Source of the DNA: Piromyces finnis finn
Lineage: Eukaryota; Fungi; Neocallimastigomycota
DNA: 64,000 bases
NCBI GenBank assembly: GCA_002104945.1
Contig: MCFH01000091.1
Coordinates: 1 to 64,000 of the forward strand
Direction: 5' to 3'
Both the position numbers and the translations under genes were made by a program. Shown here one piece after another: positions 39,331 to 51,810 of the stretch (positions are counted from its first letter, which is position 1; each line of letters begins with the position of its first letter). The notes beneath the pieces are model-generated. The model ran no database searches. It had not been told where the DNA came from and saw nothing but the letters and a program-made list of their open reading frames with translations.

Positions 39331-40464
39331 ATAAATGTTCCAAAACTAATTATATTTTTAAATTGATGAATCATTTAATAATTATGAAAATAAAAAAGTA
39401 GAGAATTCACCAAATATTATTGTTTATAAAAAAAATAACAAATTGTTAACCAGTAATAATGGCATTGCATACCATATTATCTTTATTACTCAGATATATT
39501 AAAAATAAAAGAATATAAAAACCCTAATTCATACAAAAATTATAAATAGAATAGAACAAAAAATAAAAATTATATTGAAACTCTAACAACAACAGAGTAT
39601 AAAGCTATTATTAATTATATAACAACAAATAATATAATTTCAACCACAATTAAAGTAGAAAATTATTAAAAAAAGTTAAATAAAATTCAAATAATTTATA
39701 TATATATTAAATAATTCATTAATTTTTTTATTTCAATATATATATTAATTTAATTTATTTTAAATAATTTTTTAAATTTTAAAAAATTATTTAATAAATT
39801 TGAATTATATTCTATATTATTTATGGAAATTGTAATAAAAATTAAAATTAAAATTATATTTAATATTTAATAATTTAATAAATAAAATGTAAAAAGTATA
39901 TATATATTTATTTATTTATATCTACTTATTATAGTCTATTGTAAAAAATGTTATATTTTTAATATTTAATTATTATTTATTTATATAAAAATTGAAAAAA
40001 AATATATACACTCTCATTATATCATTTTATATTTACATTAAATGTATGGTTTATATATTAAATTTAACTAGAGTATGTTATAATATATTTAATTGTATTT
40101 GATTATAAATGTTTATAAATATATGTATCATGTATAGGATACTAATAAAATATTATATAATTAATAAATTCAACATAAAGTAAAAACCTAATTAAATAAA
40201 AAAGTTTTATTACATTATTTACTAAATATTTTTTATATATTTTCTGTATAACATAATAATATTTTATTATTACAAAAAATTAGTTTATATTTTGAAATTA
40301 TTTTCATTAAAAATCATTAAATAGAATTTAATTCATATTTATAAATTAAAATTAACAATAAAGAAATATCATAACGTAAATTATTTGAATATACTCTTTT
40401 TAAGCTATTAACATTTTATATTCTATGCTTTTATATATTAAATCTTATTATCATAATTATAATT

Positions 40465-40717
40465 TAAATTTTATAAATAAAATATAACAATTAATTTTGA
40501 ATTAACAAGCATTTTTTTTATTATTTTTTTAAAAAAAAGCTATTATTTAATGATATAAACTAATATTTTTATATATAACTATTGTTAAATAATAAATTTA
40601 ATGTATATTAAACTTTTCATTATATAATAAATTCTAGAATTGTACATTAAAATAAATTGACGGCTAAAATATAAATATACATTAATTATATTAATATAAA
40701 TAAATATTTATATTTTG
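40465..40717 (-). repeat. Partial duplicate of the upstream region and first codons of the 38154 subtilase gene
   Basis: Near-identical blocks to 38110-38355 (TTTCATTATATAATAAATTCTAGA.TTGTACATTAAA.TAAATTGA.GGCTAAAATATAA). ATG at 40512 reads MLVNSKLIVIFYL*. Confidence 0.75.
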
Positions 40718-43192
40718 TAATTTACATTTAATAATTTGTTTAGAATTTTAATATAATTGAAAGTAAAACTTGCATATTGAAACTATTTAATATATAGGAT
40801 TAATGTTTATGATACTACACTTATAAATTTTATAATATTTAAATGTGATTTTAATCTTTTATAAAATCGAAATCGCTAAATATATTTTTTAATTATTATA
40901 TAAATATTATAATTATAAAGAAATTTAATTGTGTAACAATTTAAATAAATTAATTACATGCCGTCTAAATATTAAGAATAAATTAAATATAATATATTAT
41001 TTATAATATCCAAATTAATTATTTAAGTTTTATTGTTTAAATAATATGAAATTCTCTATATAATAATTATATTTATATATAAAATATATAATACATATTA
41101 TTTAATAATTAATATATAAATATTATATAAATAATATACAATGAAAATAATAATAAATTTTTTATTATAAATGAACTTAATAAATATATTAAAAATATGG
41201 AATTCTATTGTTTATTATAAATATTAATATATAATAAAACAATATTCAATTAAAGTTCTTTATTTAAAATAATAGTGTTTCATAATAAAGCATAAATGAT
41301 TAATATTCTTTAAAAACATTTTAAAAAATAAATTTTAAAAATTTAAGTAGTTCTAAATTGAACAATTTATTGAAAAATACATGTTAATTTATATACAATA
41401 ATAATCTGTTACTTTTAATCGGATTTAGAGAATGTCTTATATATTATATATATATAAATTATTAAAATAAATTCTAATCTTCTATGAATGTGATAATTTC
41501 TTTTATGGAGTCCTATATTCTTAGTAAGTAACATATCATTTATTTTTACTAATCTACTAAAATATGACTATATACGATTATATTATTAAATAATGTTTTT
41601 ATAACAATTTATATTATATCAAATTTTATATCTAAAAAAAAATACAAATAGAATAAAAATAGTTAAAAAATAAAGATATACAGTTGAAAATATATCTTGA
41701 GATTAAAAACCCTTTATATTCATTTTTATTATTACTATTAATAACAAAAAATTAATTTAATTTTAATTAAAAATTTACATTATTATAGAAACTTAATAAT
41801 TTATGTATTAATTCACTTATATTGAAACATTTAGTATAATAGAATCAAGCTACAAATTGTATATAATAAAGAAATTCTTCATGTATATTAAATTTTAATT
41901 AATATTATATATTGATAATTATAATATGTTAATAAAATTTATATAAAATAAAGTTTATATAATATTTTTAAAGGAAACATTATTTAATGAAAAAATATAA
42001 TATATTTTTACTCTTTAAGTAATTGACTAATTAATATTGTTTTAAAAAGAGAAGTTATATTAAGTCATTTATTTTACAAATAATTAAAAAATATATATAA
42101 ATTATCTTAGTTTTTATATAATATTTTTATTTATTAATTATTAATAGTATTAATTACACAAAAGTTTTAATGAAATTTTTATAGAATTTTGTTTACATAC
42201 ATTTTATATATAAATATAGTATTGCTTAATATATTTATAAATGCATTTTTCTATAATACATAATAAACTTTATTTTATAATTATATATATGAATGAAACA
42301 CTACTTAAAATAATTTATATTTTTAATTAAAATTACATATATACTAATTATAATTTTTTTTAAATAACAAGTTCATTTCTTTATTTTTATAATAATTTTA
42401 AAGTATTAAAGAAATGTTGACTATTTTTAAATGCTTCCAGAAGGTAGTTATGTTCCCCTGATATTTAATATTGGATAATAATAGATCTAGAGGCTCCATG
42501 TATATAATTAATAGTTGCTACCATTTTATTTATACATTAAGCTTTGCCACATATATTCATATAACATATAAACTGCCTCTATATTCCCCTTATTAAAAAG
42601 AAATATATATAATTTAAATTCAATTATAATATTAAAATTCTCACTTAAAATATTGAGAGAGTAACAAAGTGTTAATAATACAATTTATAATTTGAATTTA
42701 ATATATGATTAATTTAATATAATTATAATTAAATACTATATTTAGTATTATATATTTAATATTTTAATAAAATTTAAATAAATTTAATATGTTATAAAAC
42801 TTTTATCTTTACATATTATTATTATTATAAAAAATAGGGTTTAGATTTTATTAAAACCATAAATCTTAATAATCATAATTTATTTTTAAATTATGATTAT
42901 TGGTTTAAATATATTAGATATATTAAAATTTATATTTTACTATAATAGTATTTATATTTGTTAATTTTAATTAATATCGAATCATATATATTTTATTTTT
43001 TAATTATTATATTTAAGCTTTATAAAATAAAAAAATAATTAGTAATAAAACCAAAATTTTGTAAAATTAGTAATTTTTAAAAATTTTTATATATATTTGT
43101 GAAATTATTATTATTTCTTTAAATAAAAATATTGAAATCATATTAAATAAAGTAGTGAAATAAAAATATATAATCATAATATTTTAAATATA

Positions 43193-43914
43193 ATGAATTT
43201 AAAAGAATTACTAAATATTATTAATGTTTTACAGATTATATACTATATTATTGTTGCAATTATTGTTATAGGAATTTTAACTATAATAATAATCTATATA
43301 ACTAATAAAAGAAAAAACATTTTTAACAAAAATATAAATAATTTAAAGAAAAAAGGAACGAAAATAATGATAAAAACAAATATGTTAACAATGTTAATAA
43401 TTTAAAACTATGCGTTTCAAAAGAAAATAAAATAAATAATGAAAAGGATAATAATAGTAATAACAGTAATAAAATTTTAACTAATATTAATACCAATATA
43501 TCATCAAATTTAAATTCGAATAAAAATAGTAGTAGAAAAGAGATATACTTAAAAAAAAGTTTTAATAATAATAATACATTATTACCTAATGAACCACCAA
43601 ATTTAATTATAAGTATGCCTAGTGCACCTTCAGAGAACATTATTTATAGACCTTGTGCACCATCGGAAAACATTATTAATAAACCTTGCACCCCTTCAGG
43701 AATAATTGTAAATAGTAAAAATGGATGTTTTGAAACTACTAATAATGTATCTAACGTTCAATATATAATGAATGATAATATATATAGTTCAAAGTCTAAA
43801 ATAATAGAAAGAAATTCAATAATTCGTAAAGAAAACGATTTAAATAATATTTGTGCGCCTCTTTCTCCAATTAATATATCATTTATAGAAACATCTTTTT
43901 TCCAATCAATATAA
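43193..43914 (+). CDS. Putative single-pass membrane protein (~240 aa) with tandem P(S/C)APSENII repeats; one frameshift in an A6 run
   Basis: Hydrophobic IIYYIIVAIIVIGILTIIIIYIT followed by KRK. Adding one A at about 43350 gives an open frame continuing into ORF 43615-43914. Confidence 0.6.
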
Positions 43915-44672
43915 TCCAACAATTCATAAAATTTTAAATATCACAAGTTTAAAGTGTAATATATAAATTTTAAAGCACTCGATTGTGAGGTAAAATTTTA
44001 AAATATATGAAATTTATTTATCTATATAATTAATTTTTAAATATTTATTATGATTTTTAATAATAATTATTAATATTTTTATTCAAATATACTACTAATT
44101 TTTTGAAATAAAAAATAAAATTATTATTTAGCATTTATAAATAAAATATAAGTAATGCTAGTTTCAAAAAAATAATAAACTCTAATTTAAAATTAAAAAT
44201 ATTAAAAAGTTAATTATATAGGTAGTTTATGAAGAATAAAATTAATAAAAACTAAATAAAAAATAAAATAACTAATGAAACTATATTAAGACAAATATAT
44301 AATAAAAATTAATTTTGTTCAAGAAAATACCTTATTATTTTACATATAAGAAAATCATTAATTATAATTATATGTATATATGAAATGAATAAAATAAAAG
44401 AAATTTAAATAAAATTTTGCTAAAAATATTGATGTATATTTAATTATTAATTATTTGTTATTAATTATTATATAATTTATTTATTCTTTTATTTATTTTT
44501 AATATTTTTTGAAGAAAGAATCTAATATTTATAACTATTTATATAATATAATAAAATAAAATAATATATATATATTATTTATATCATTTAAAAAAAAATT
44601 ATATAAATTTTAAAAATAAATAGGAAATTCTAATTTAAAAATTTATGTAACTACGATTTTTTATATATTAAA

Positions 44673-45760
44673 TTAAAAAACTATAAAATTAGAATTGTCT
44701 TTAGTAAATGAATAAAGAGTTCCATCTAAATTTCTTTTTACTAATAATAAATGAGGTTTATTAATGTTATCCGGATATATTATTTCCAATGACACTTTAC
44801 AAGGGTAATAAATTTCATTTTCCCATACACCATAAACTATGAATTTTTCATTATTTTCATGCAATACATTGTAATGAAAAGCGGATACGTTTTAATCATT
44901 TTACATAGAAATGAAAATGATGGCAGGGTAATGTGAAATTCTTCTGCATCCTTTATTATTGGTATTTTAGGTATTACTTCTGAATAATTGGAACTCAATA
45001 GATAAAATTTTTCATTTTTATATTCTTTTTCTGCTATTAAAATAGTAGTTGTTGCTGTATCATTATCTAAGACGTATTGCTTAATGCATTTATTTAGTTT
45101 GGTACTACCTGTAATAAAAATAGAATTTTTTTATTCATAGAAAATATAGCCTGTTAAAGTCCATCATTAAAATTAAACCAATTATCTTTTGGGCCTACCA
45201 CAAATTCAAATCGATAATTAGGAAATTTATATAATTTAGAAGTGTTTAATATAACTATTAAAAAGAGAATGAAAGGATTAAAATTGAAAACGTGGTTAAA
45301 AACGCAATACGGATATACATTAATATCATTAACAATAGAAAAAGAAACTATGTTAACATCATTTGAACTGTAATTTTTATTTAGTATTTTTAATTGGTTG
45401 TGATGAAGTAAGTCATTTATTTTATCCAAGTCTTTTTGACTTGAATCCTAATGTATATTTCTCATTTAGGACTGTGGTAAATTTACTAGATATTTCCGGG
45501 ATTTCGAAATATATACGATATAAATGCAATAACTAAAAGCATATAGAATATAAATAAATTTAAAGGGAATTGGCTTTTACAATGTTCGTTTAGTTCATGG
45601 ATTATTTTAAAGTAGGCAACTTCACTTTTTTCCTTATACTTTCTTATGACTTTAACACATTTAGGTATTACGTTATTATCCTTATATTTTTTATTTGTTG
45701 AAAGAATAATTTTATATCCCGAATTTTCCGAAGCTCTATAGTTATTGTTATTCCATTGAA
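44673..45760 (-). pseudogene. Fragmented coding-like region of unknown product
   Basis: Consecutive minus-strand open stretches (..LFIFYMLLVIAFISYIFRNPG; ..FEFVVGPKDNWFNF; ..VYGVWENEIYYPC..) separated by stops or possible short introns. Confidence 0.3.
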
Positions 45761-45898
45761 TTTACGGAATATTATTAAAATAACAAAATATATAGGTCTT
45801 GATGAAGCCAGTAGTGAAATCCACATATTTAACGGAAAACCAGATCCTTCAAATTTCAACGGCGAACACTTAGACGAATCAGATTTTTTTATTTCTTT

Positions 45899-48800
45899 AT
45901 GGAAAAAAGCAAAGTTGCAAATGGAAATAACATAAATGATTATCAAGCCATTAGCGTTATTGAAAATGAATACGTTAAAAGTAGTACTGGAGAAAATATG
46001 TATATGAAAGCAGTAGGAAGAATGGGAATTAACAATATACCCTTTAATAATGAAGTAATTGACACTGATAGTAACAAAGTGTATAATGATTTAAGCAGTT
46101 TAAGTAATAATGGACCCGGCTTAATAACTACAAAAATAAAGAGTAATATTGAATTTTTCGATAAATATAATAAATCGGATTTAAAAAAAAGTGATTTTAA
46201 TATTGTAACAGTCAATGATATAAATTCAAAAATTATTGATTTGAATGATAAACTAGATGAAAATCTTCGTAAACTTAAAGACATAAATAATGATAATAAA
46301 TTGAGTGATAAAGAAAAAAAGGAAAGAAGAAATAATGTTTTGGAAGAAAAGAAATATTTATTGGAAAAACAAAAAGAATTTAATGACATTTTAAATGATT
46401 TACAAAAAAATTATAATACAAAGGATAATTTTTATCTTGATTTTGAATATGGTAAAAATATTAAAACTATTAAAGAAGACGTTGAAATGTTAGATGAAGG
46501 TATCGACAAATATGGTATTGAAAGTTATAAGCTAAATGATAAAAACGAAAGCAACAATAGTAATATTGAAAAGTACTTTGTTTTGGATATCAAAGAAGAA
46601 GCAGATTTCAAAAATAAAAAGAATTATGTTTTAAATTATTTAGTTAGCGGTGATGGAAAAAAATATGTATCAGTTGATAATAATTATTTTTATAATGCCA
46701 GAATTAGCAACTTTAATCATAATTACTTTGAATCGATTGATAGTCTTAATCCACAAGATCCATTCACAGATTATGAAAATACTTCTATTATGAATTCTAT
46801 TAAAAATTCTGAATTCCAAGATGGTATGACTATAGAAAAGTTTAAAGAAAAATTTAGCGATGAACTTCGTTCTAAAGAGACTTTTACAAAATTCAGACTA
46901 GTAAGAAAAATTAATAATAATAATAATAATAATAATAGTAATAATAATAATAATAATAGTAATAATAATATTGATCCTACAAATGAAGTTGAATCACCTA
47001 CCTTCTCTACCGGTGGAAATAATCAAAACCAAAATATTAATAATGCTGATTTTTACGAGAGAAATGTGAAATGTATAAAAATTTTAGGATATTTGGTACA
47101 AAGATCACGAGAAACAGCAGTATCTGCCGAAGGAAAATTATTAAAATTTGATGTACGAAATAATGGTGGGATATTGAGAAAACTAATTAAATCTATAAAA
47201 ATTCCTTTAGGTATTAAAACCCAAGATCAGTTACCAGTTCATAATGATCCATCTAACACCAATAATAACGGTGTTATAAACATATTATATTTGCCACAAT
47301 CAGATGCATTAGGGAATCATGTTGATGTTGAATCTAATTTCAAAGATTCTAAATTTAATAGTCTTAGAAATCACTTACAAAGTAATAATAAAATTGATGA
47401 TAATTATGGATTCATATTAACACCAACTGAGTATAATTCAATTGACGCTTCATATAAAGATTTTTATACGGCAATTACTATTGGTGATATTGAAGATGGA
47501 ACAGGTAATCTATATACTCCACCAGGAAATGGAGGAAATGGACAAAAAGGAAAACTAACATTTTATGTTTTCAACAAAGACAAAAATGGTGACAATATAA
47601 AAATTAAAAATCCTCTTAAAGCGGATAACCAGCATACCATCAATAATCATGTTATTGTTATGGATAAAGTTATTAACATGGCTTCACACTTTACAAATGC
47701 CTGCAGTCAAGGAGGGAATTCAGCTGCCGGTACGTCGTCTTCTAGAGTAATAACAAAAAGAGCCGACAATGTAAGGTGTCCATGTAATAAAGCAAAATAT
47801 AGCGATTTAAATAAATATAAAAATAAATTCGATAATACCAAGATTGAAAATATGATTTCTTCTTTAACAAATGATCTCAAGTTACAAGAATATGAAGAAG
47901 CCATAAATGAAATTGATAAAAGTGAAAGCGAGTTTATAAAAGCGGCAGCCGATATGATGGATAGTCAAAACGACAAAATAGATATGGAAGGAAGAATTTC
48001 GGGTTCAGGAGAAAACAAAAAATTTATATATAATGATGTCAGTTCAGAGATTGAAGTTATGATGAAGTTATCAGAGAATATCCTCAACAACATTTCAAAT
48101 CCAACGGTGATCAAAACACGTTTATGGATATCGAGAATGAATCTTTTCTATAGCAAAATGAAGAAATATTTAAAAAACTTAAAAAAAATTGCAAAGTATA
48201 CAAGATCAAAAGAAGACAACGAAAAGATTAATAATGTTGTATTAATGAAGAATTCCATATACCAATCTACAAAGGAAAATTTAAATAATGAAGATTTTAT
48301 CAAACTAAGTAATGGAGGAACCGAAAACTTTGAAAACTTTTTAAGTATAAATGACCAGCAATCAGAATTGGAAATCGAAGCTATTAATAATTACGTTTCT
48401 TTTCTGTCATTATTTGATGATAATGATGATGGTAATAGTAATGGAAATGGTCAGTCCAACGAAAATGATAATAATAACGATAATGTCGTATCAGCAAATA
48501 ATGATGGCCTGGCAGTCGAAATGGATGATAATGGAAATTTCGGTAGTAGTATAGATGTTAAAAGTATTGATGTTAAAGCATCTTCTTATGGAGAAGCTTT
48601 AGAATTAATTACAGATAAACTCTTGAATCGCATTGATTATGCTGATGATAAAGAAAAAGACAGCATAGCAAGATCTCTTGGGAAAATTTATCGTTCTTTA
48701 TCTTTACGTTCTATTTCTGATCCTGATCCGGACACCACCGCTACTTTGAATCATTTATATAGTGCTGTATATGATAAATTAACCAATAGCAATCCGGAAT

Positions 48801-50302
48801 ATAAGGAAGAGTTAGAAAAGCCTATGAACAATGAAAAATCAAGTTATTTAAGTAAAAGAGAAAAGGCATATACTCAAAAATTAAATTTAGTAAAAGATAA
48901 GCCACTTTCATCCATTGAAAATCCTCAAAAAATCAATGAAGTTTTTCAAACAAACGATGGAAATACATATAACAGGTATAAAAAATTAATGGCGAACTCG
49001 CTCAAGTACAAATTAATAGAAGGAATTAAAAATAATTCGCCTGAAATTAAAAATTTAGTTTTGAGTAAATTAAACAAACTAGCTGAAATATATAATGAAT
49101 ATAAACAAGAATTAGCAAATACTAAAGATTCAAATTTGAACGGTTTTGAAGGAAAGCTACTAGAGATGGCAGATATATTAGATATATATAATGACGTTTA
49201 TTCCGTTGCTCTCACAAACGGAGTAATAGAATACACAGAAAAAAGTAAAATACTTTTACCACTTGAACCTAATGAAAAAATGATAAAATGTTTAAATGTC
49301 TTAAAGTATAAAAGACTAGTTAGATTAATGAAATCTTTAAAAATATTTGATAAAAACTTACTTCCGCATAATGGTATGGAAAACAAATTCAATGAACCAT
49401 CTTATGAAAATTTGTCAAACCATGAGAATTCATTATCTCTAAGTGATATATTTAAAAATATAGAAAACTTAGATTTGCCATCATCCAGACCTTTGTCCAA
49501 CCTTGTTATATTTTTGAGTATTTTCAAAGTTTTAGATAATTATTTAAAAGGTATTGAAGAAAAATACATTACTGATAATGCGGCCAGATTAGTGCAAGTT
49601 AATTCAAATGACGTCAATGAAAGTATTAAAAAATCACTCAAAATAAATTCGCCATTAGATATGAATCCGGAAGATTTATATTTCTCACAAATGTTATCCA
49701 CTATATCCGATGATGATGGTGTAAGCAATTTTTCTAACGAGGACATTTATAATGAAATAATGGCTGATTCTATTTCATCTGTATTATCTGATTTAAAATC
49801 TTTTTCTAATGATGAAAAGTTACTACCAATGGATAATGAAATAAAAGTAAATGAAGATTCTGGTGAAATTTTGCAAGATACTCTTGTTGAAGGTGAAAAT
49901 AGTATTAGCAGTGCAATGAATTATGTCAACGAAATGGTAAAAGATATTATGGAATCGGATAATCCACAAGCTAAAGCATTGGTAAATAAAATTAACAAAA
50001 TATTAAAAAAAGCCATTAAAAAAGCCAAAAAACAATTAATTAGATCTGTTGGTCATAATTCTGTTTCTGATATTATTAAAGCTTGTGAATATATTAGTTC
50101 TTTGGATAAAGTAGCCAGTTCAATTTCATCTAATCAGGGAAACAAAGAATTTTCTTCAAGTGCTTTTGTCAGTAAAATCGAAGAAATAAGTAATTCTTAT
50201 AACACTGATATAACCAATAATAAATATAAAAAATTACGTAATAGAAAAATAGTTAAGCAATTAAGAAAAACTTTAAAAAAATTATTATTTAAAAAACATT
50301 AA
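45899..50302 (+). CDS. Large orphan protein (at least 1467 aa), Asn/Lys-rich with helical-looking C-terminal half; true start probably upstream
   Basis: 4.4-kb stop-free frame in AT-rich DNA. A coding-like frame (GLDEASSEIHIFNGKPDP..LWKK) joins via a 1-nt shift in the A6 run at about 45903-45908. Internal KR site in ..ITKRADNVRCPC. Confidence 0.8.
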   Translation: MEKSKVANGNNINDYQAISVIENEYVKSSTGENMYMKAVGRMGINNIPFNNEVIDTDSNKVYNDLSSLSNNGPGLITTKIKSNIEFFDKYNKSDLKKSDFNIVTVNDINSKIIDLNDKLDENLRKLKDINNDNKLSDKEKKERRNNVLEEKKYLLEKQKEFNDILNDLQKNYNTKDNFYLDFEYGKNIKTIKEDVEMLDEGIDKYGIESYKLNDKNESNNSNIEKYFVLDIKEEADFKNKKNYVLNYLVSGDGKKYVSVDNNYFYNARISNFNHNYFESIDSLNPQDPFTDYENTSIMNSIKNSEFQDGMTIEKFKEKFSDELRSKETFTKFRLVRKINNNNNNNNSNNNNNNSNNNIDPTNEVESPTFSTGGNNQNQNINNADFYERNVKCIKILGYLVQRSRETAVSAEGKLLKFDVRNNGGILRKLIKSIKIPLGIKTQDQLPVHNDPSNTNNNGVINILYLPQSDALGNHVDVESNFKDSKFNSLRNHLQSNNKIDDNYGFILTPTEYNSIDASYKDFYTAITIGDIEDGTGNLYTPPGNGGNGQKGKLTFYVFNKDKNGDNIKIKNPLKADNQHTINNHVIVMDKVINMASHFTNACSQGGNSAAGTSSSRVITKRADNVRCPCNKAKYSDLNKYKNKFDNTKIENMISSLTNDLKLQEYEEAINEIDKSESEFIKAAADMMDSQNDKIDMEGRISGSGENKKFIYNDVSSEIEVMMKLSENILNNISNPTVIKTRLWISRMNLFYSKMKKYLKNLKKIAKYTRSKEDNEKINNVVLMKNSIYQSTKENLNNEDFIKLSNGGTENFENFLSINDQQSELEIEAINNYVSFLSLFDDNDDGNSNGNGQSNENDNNNDNVVSANNDGLAVEMDDNGNFGSSIDVKSIDVKASSYGEALELITDKLLNRIDYADDKEKDSIARSLGKIYRSLSLRSISDPDPDTTATLNHLYSAVYDKLTNSNPEYKEELEKPMNNEKSSYLSKREKAYTQKLNLVKDKPLSSIENPQKINEVFQTNDGNTYNRYKKLMANSLKYKLIEGIKNNSPEIKNLVLSKLNKLAEIYNEYKQELANTKDSNLNGFEGKLLEMADILDIYNDVYSVALTNGVIEYTEKSKILLPLEPNEKMIKCLNVLKYKRLVRLMKSLKIFDKNLLPHNGMENKFNEPSYENLSNHENSLSLSDIFKNIENLDLPSSRPLSNLVIFLSIFKVLDNYLKGIEEKYITDNAARLVQVNSNDVNESIKKSLKINSPLDMNPEDLYFSQMLSTISDDDGVSNFSNEDIYNEIMADSISSVLSDLKSFSNDEKLLPMDNEIKVNEDSGEILQDTLVEGENSISSAMNYVNEMVKDIMESDNPQAKALVNKINKILKKAIKKAKKQLIRSVGHNSVSDIIKACEYISSLDKVASSISSNQGNKEFSSSAFVSKIEEISNSYNTDITNNKYKKLRNRKIVKQLRKTLKKLLFKKH

Positions 50303-51810
50303 AAGAAATAGTTAAAAAAAATTAGAATAATAAAAAAAATAATATATTTTATTTATTAAACTTAAAAATAATAACTAAAAAAAAAAAAAAAAAAAAAAGT
50401 TTTAAAAATATTATAGAACAAATTAATAGATGATTTACAATTAAATATATACCTTAAAAAATAAATTCAGCTATATATTTTATTTATATTTAGACCTTTT
50501 TAATAAAAGTATTATCATTATATATAAATTGAATTATAATGAAATACATCTATTTTTATCCCATCTGACCAATAATTAAAAATAAAAATAGTACTAACTA
50601 AAATATATAAATAAGTAATTATTAGAAAATAAAAAATAAGATACACTAAAATAAAAATAATACATAATACATATTAATAAAAAAAAATATCAATATATTT
50701 AAGCTATTTAACTTATTATTTTTTATATGTTATTAATAATAAAAATATAATTATATTTATTTTTGTTTTAAATTTGTATTTTAAATGTCACTTTTAATAT
50801 TATAATTATTATTATTTATTTATTGTAATTATAGTTATTATTTTATTTTTTAGTCTTAATTATCAATATTTTACTCTAAAATACATGGACTTATAGTTAG
50901 ACATAAAATCTATTATAATATAATATACGTAATATATATAAATATGTATATAGCTATTTTGTTATTTGTTATTTAACATTGAGGGTCAAGGTTAATATTT
51001 TATCCTATACTATTTTACATTATGGATTAGGTTAATACAAGATAATAAAGGTTTTCAATCAAAGGAAATGAATTTACACCTAATATCAAATATTTTCCCC
51101 ATTGCTAATTGCTTGAGATGAGATGATGTATAAAATAGGAAATAGGTATTAGAGGATGGAAAGAATACAAAAGAGGAATTTATTTAAAACAATTCTTTTT
51201 CCGCTATTTAGATATAGATAGACCGCCAACACCATTATTTTATATATATACGAAAGAGTTGATTTATATATATTTATTTTAATTTTATAAGTTTTATAAA
51301 ATAAAATTACAATTATTATTTTAATATAAATAGTTTATCGATTTATTCACTGACTTTAAATTCATTATTTTACATAGAAAATTCAACTATTTTACTATTT
51401 CCATATACATAAAAGATTCATTTTTAAATATATAAATAAATGTTATTAACAAATATATATTAATGATATAGTTATTATATTATTAATATATTATTTGAAA
51501 ATAATTCTTATAGGTTGATTTTGAACATAATCAATATAATGATATTAAAAAAATTTTTTTTTTAAAATAAAACAAAACAACACTTTATAAAAATAAAAGA
51601 AAATACAAAAAGGTAAATAATATTTGTTTTTAATATTAATAAATATTTTACGTTAAATATAAATTATTGCTCAACAACTAATTTAGTTATTTATTTATAA
51701 AAAAAAAATATGTGAAAAAAAAAAAAAAAAGATAATAGAAATCGATATCTATATTAATATATTAATATTAAAATTATTATGAATAAAATATCAACAATAT
51801 ACTTTTTAAA

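Noticed and set aside
45668-49746. Minus-strand ORFs within or overlapping the 1467-aa gene
   Set aside because: Antisense shadows typical of Asn/Lys-rich AT-biased coding sequence.
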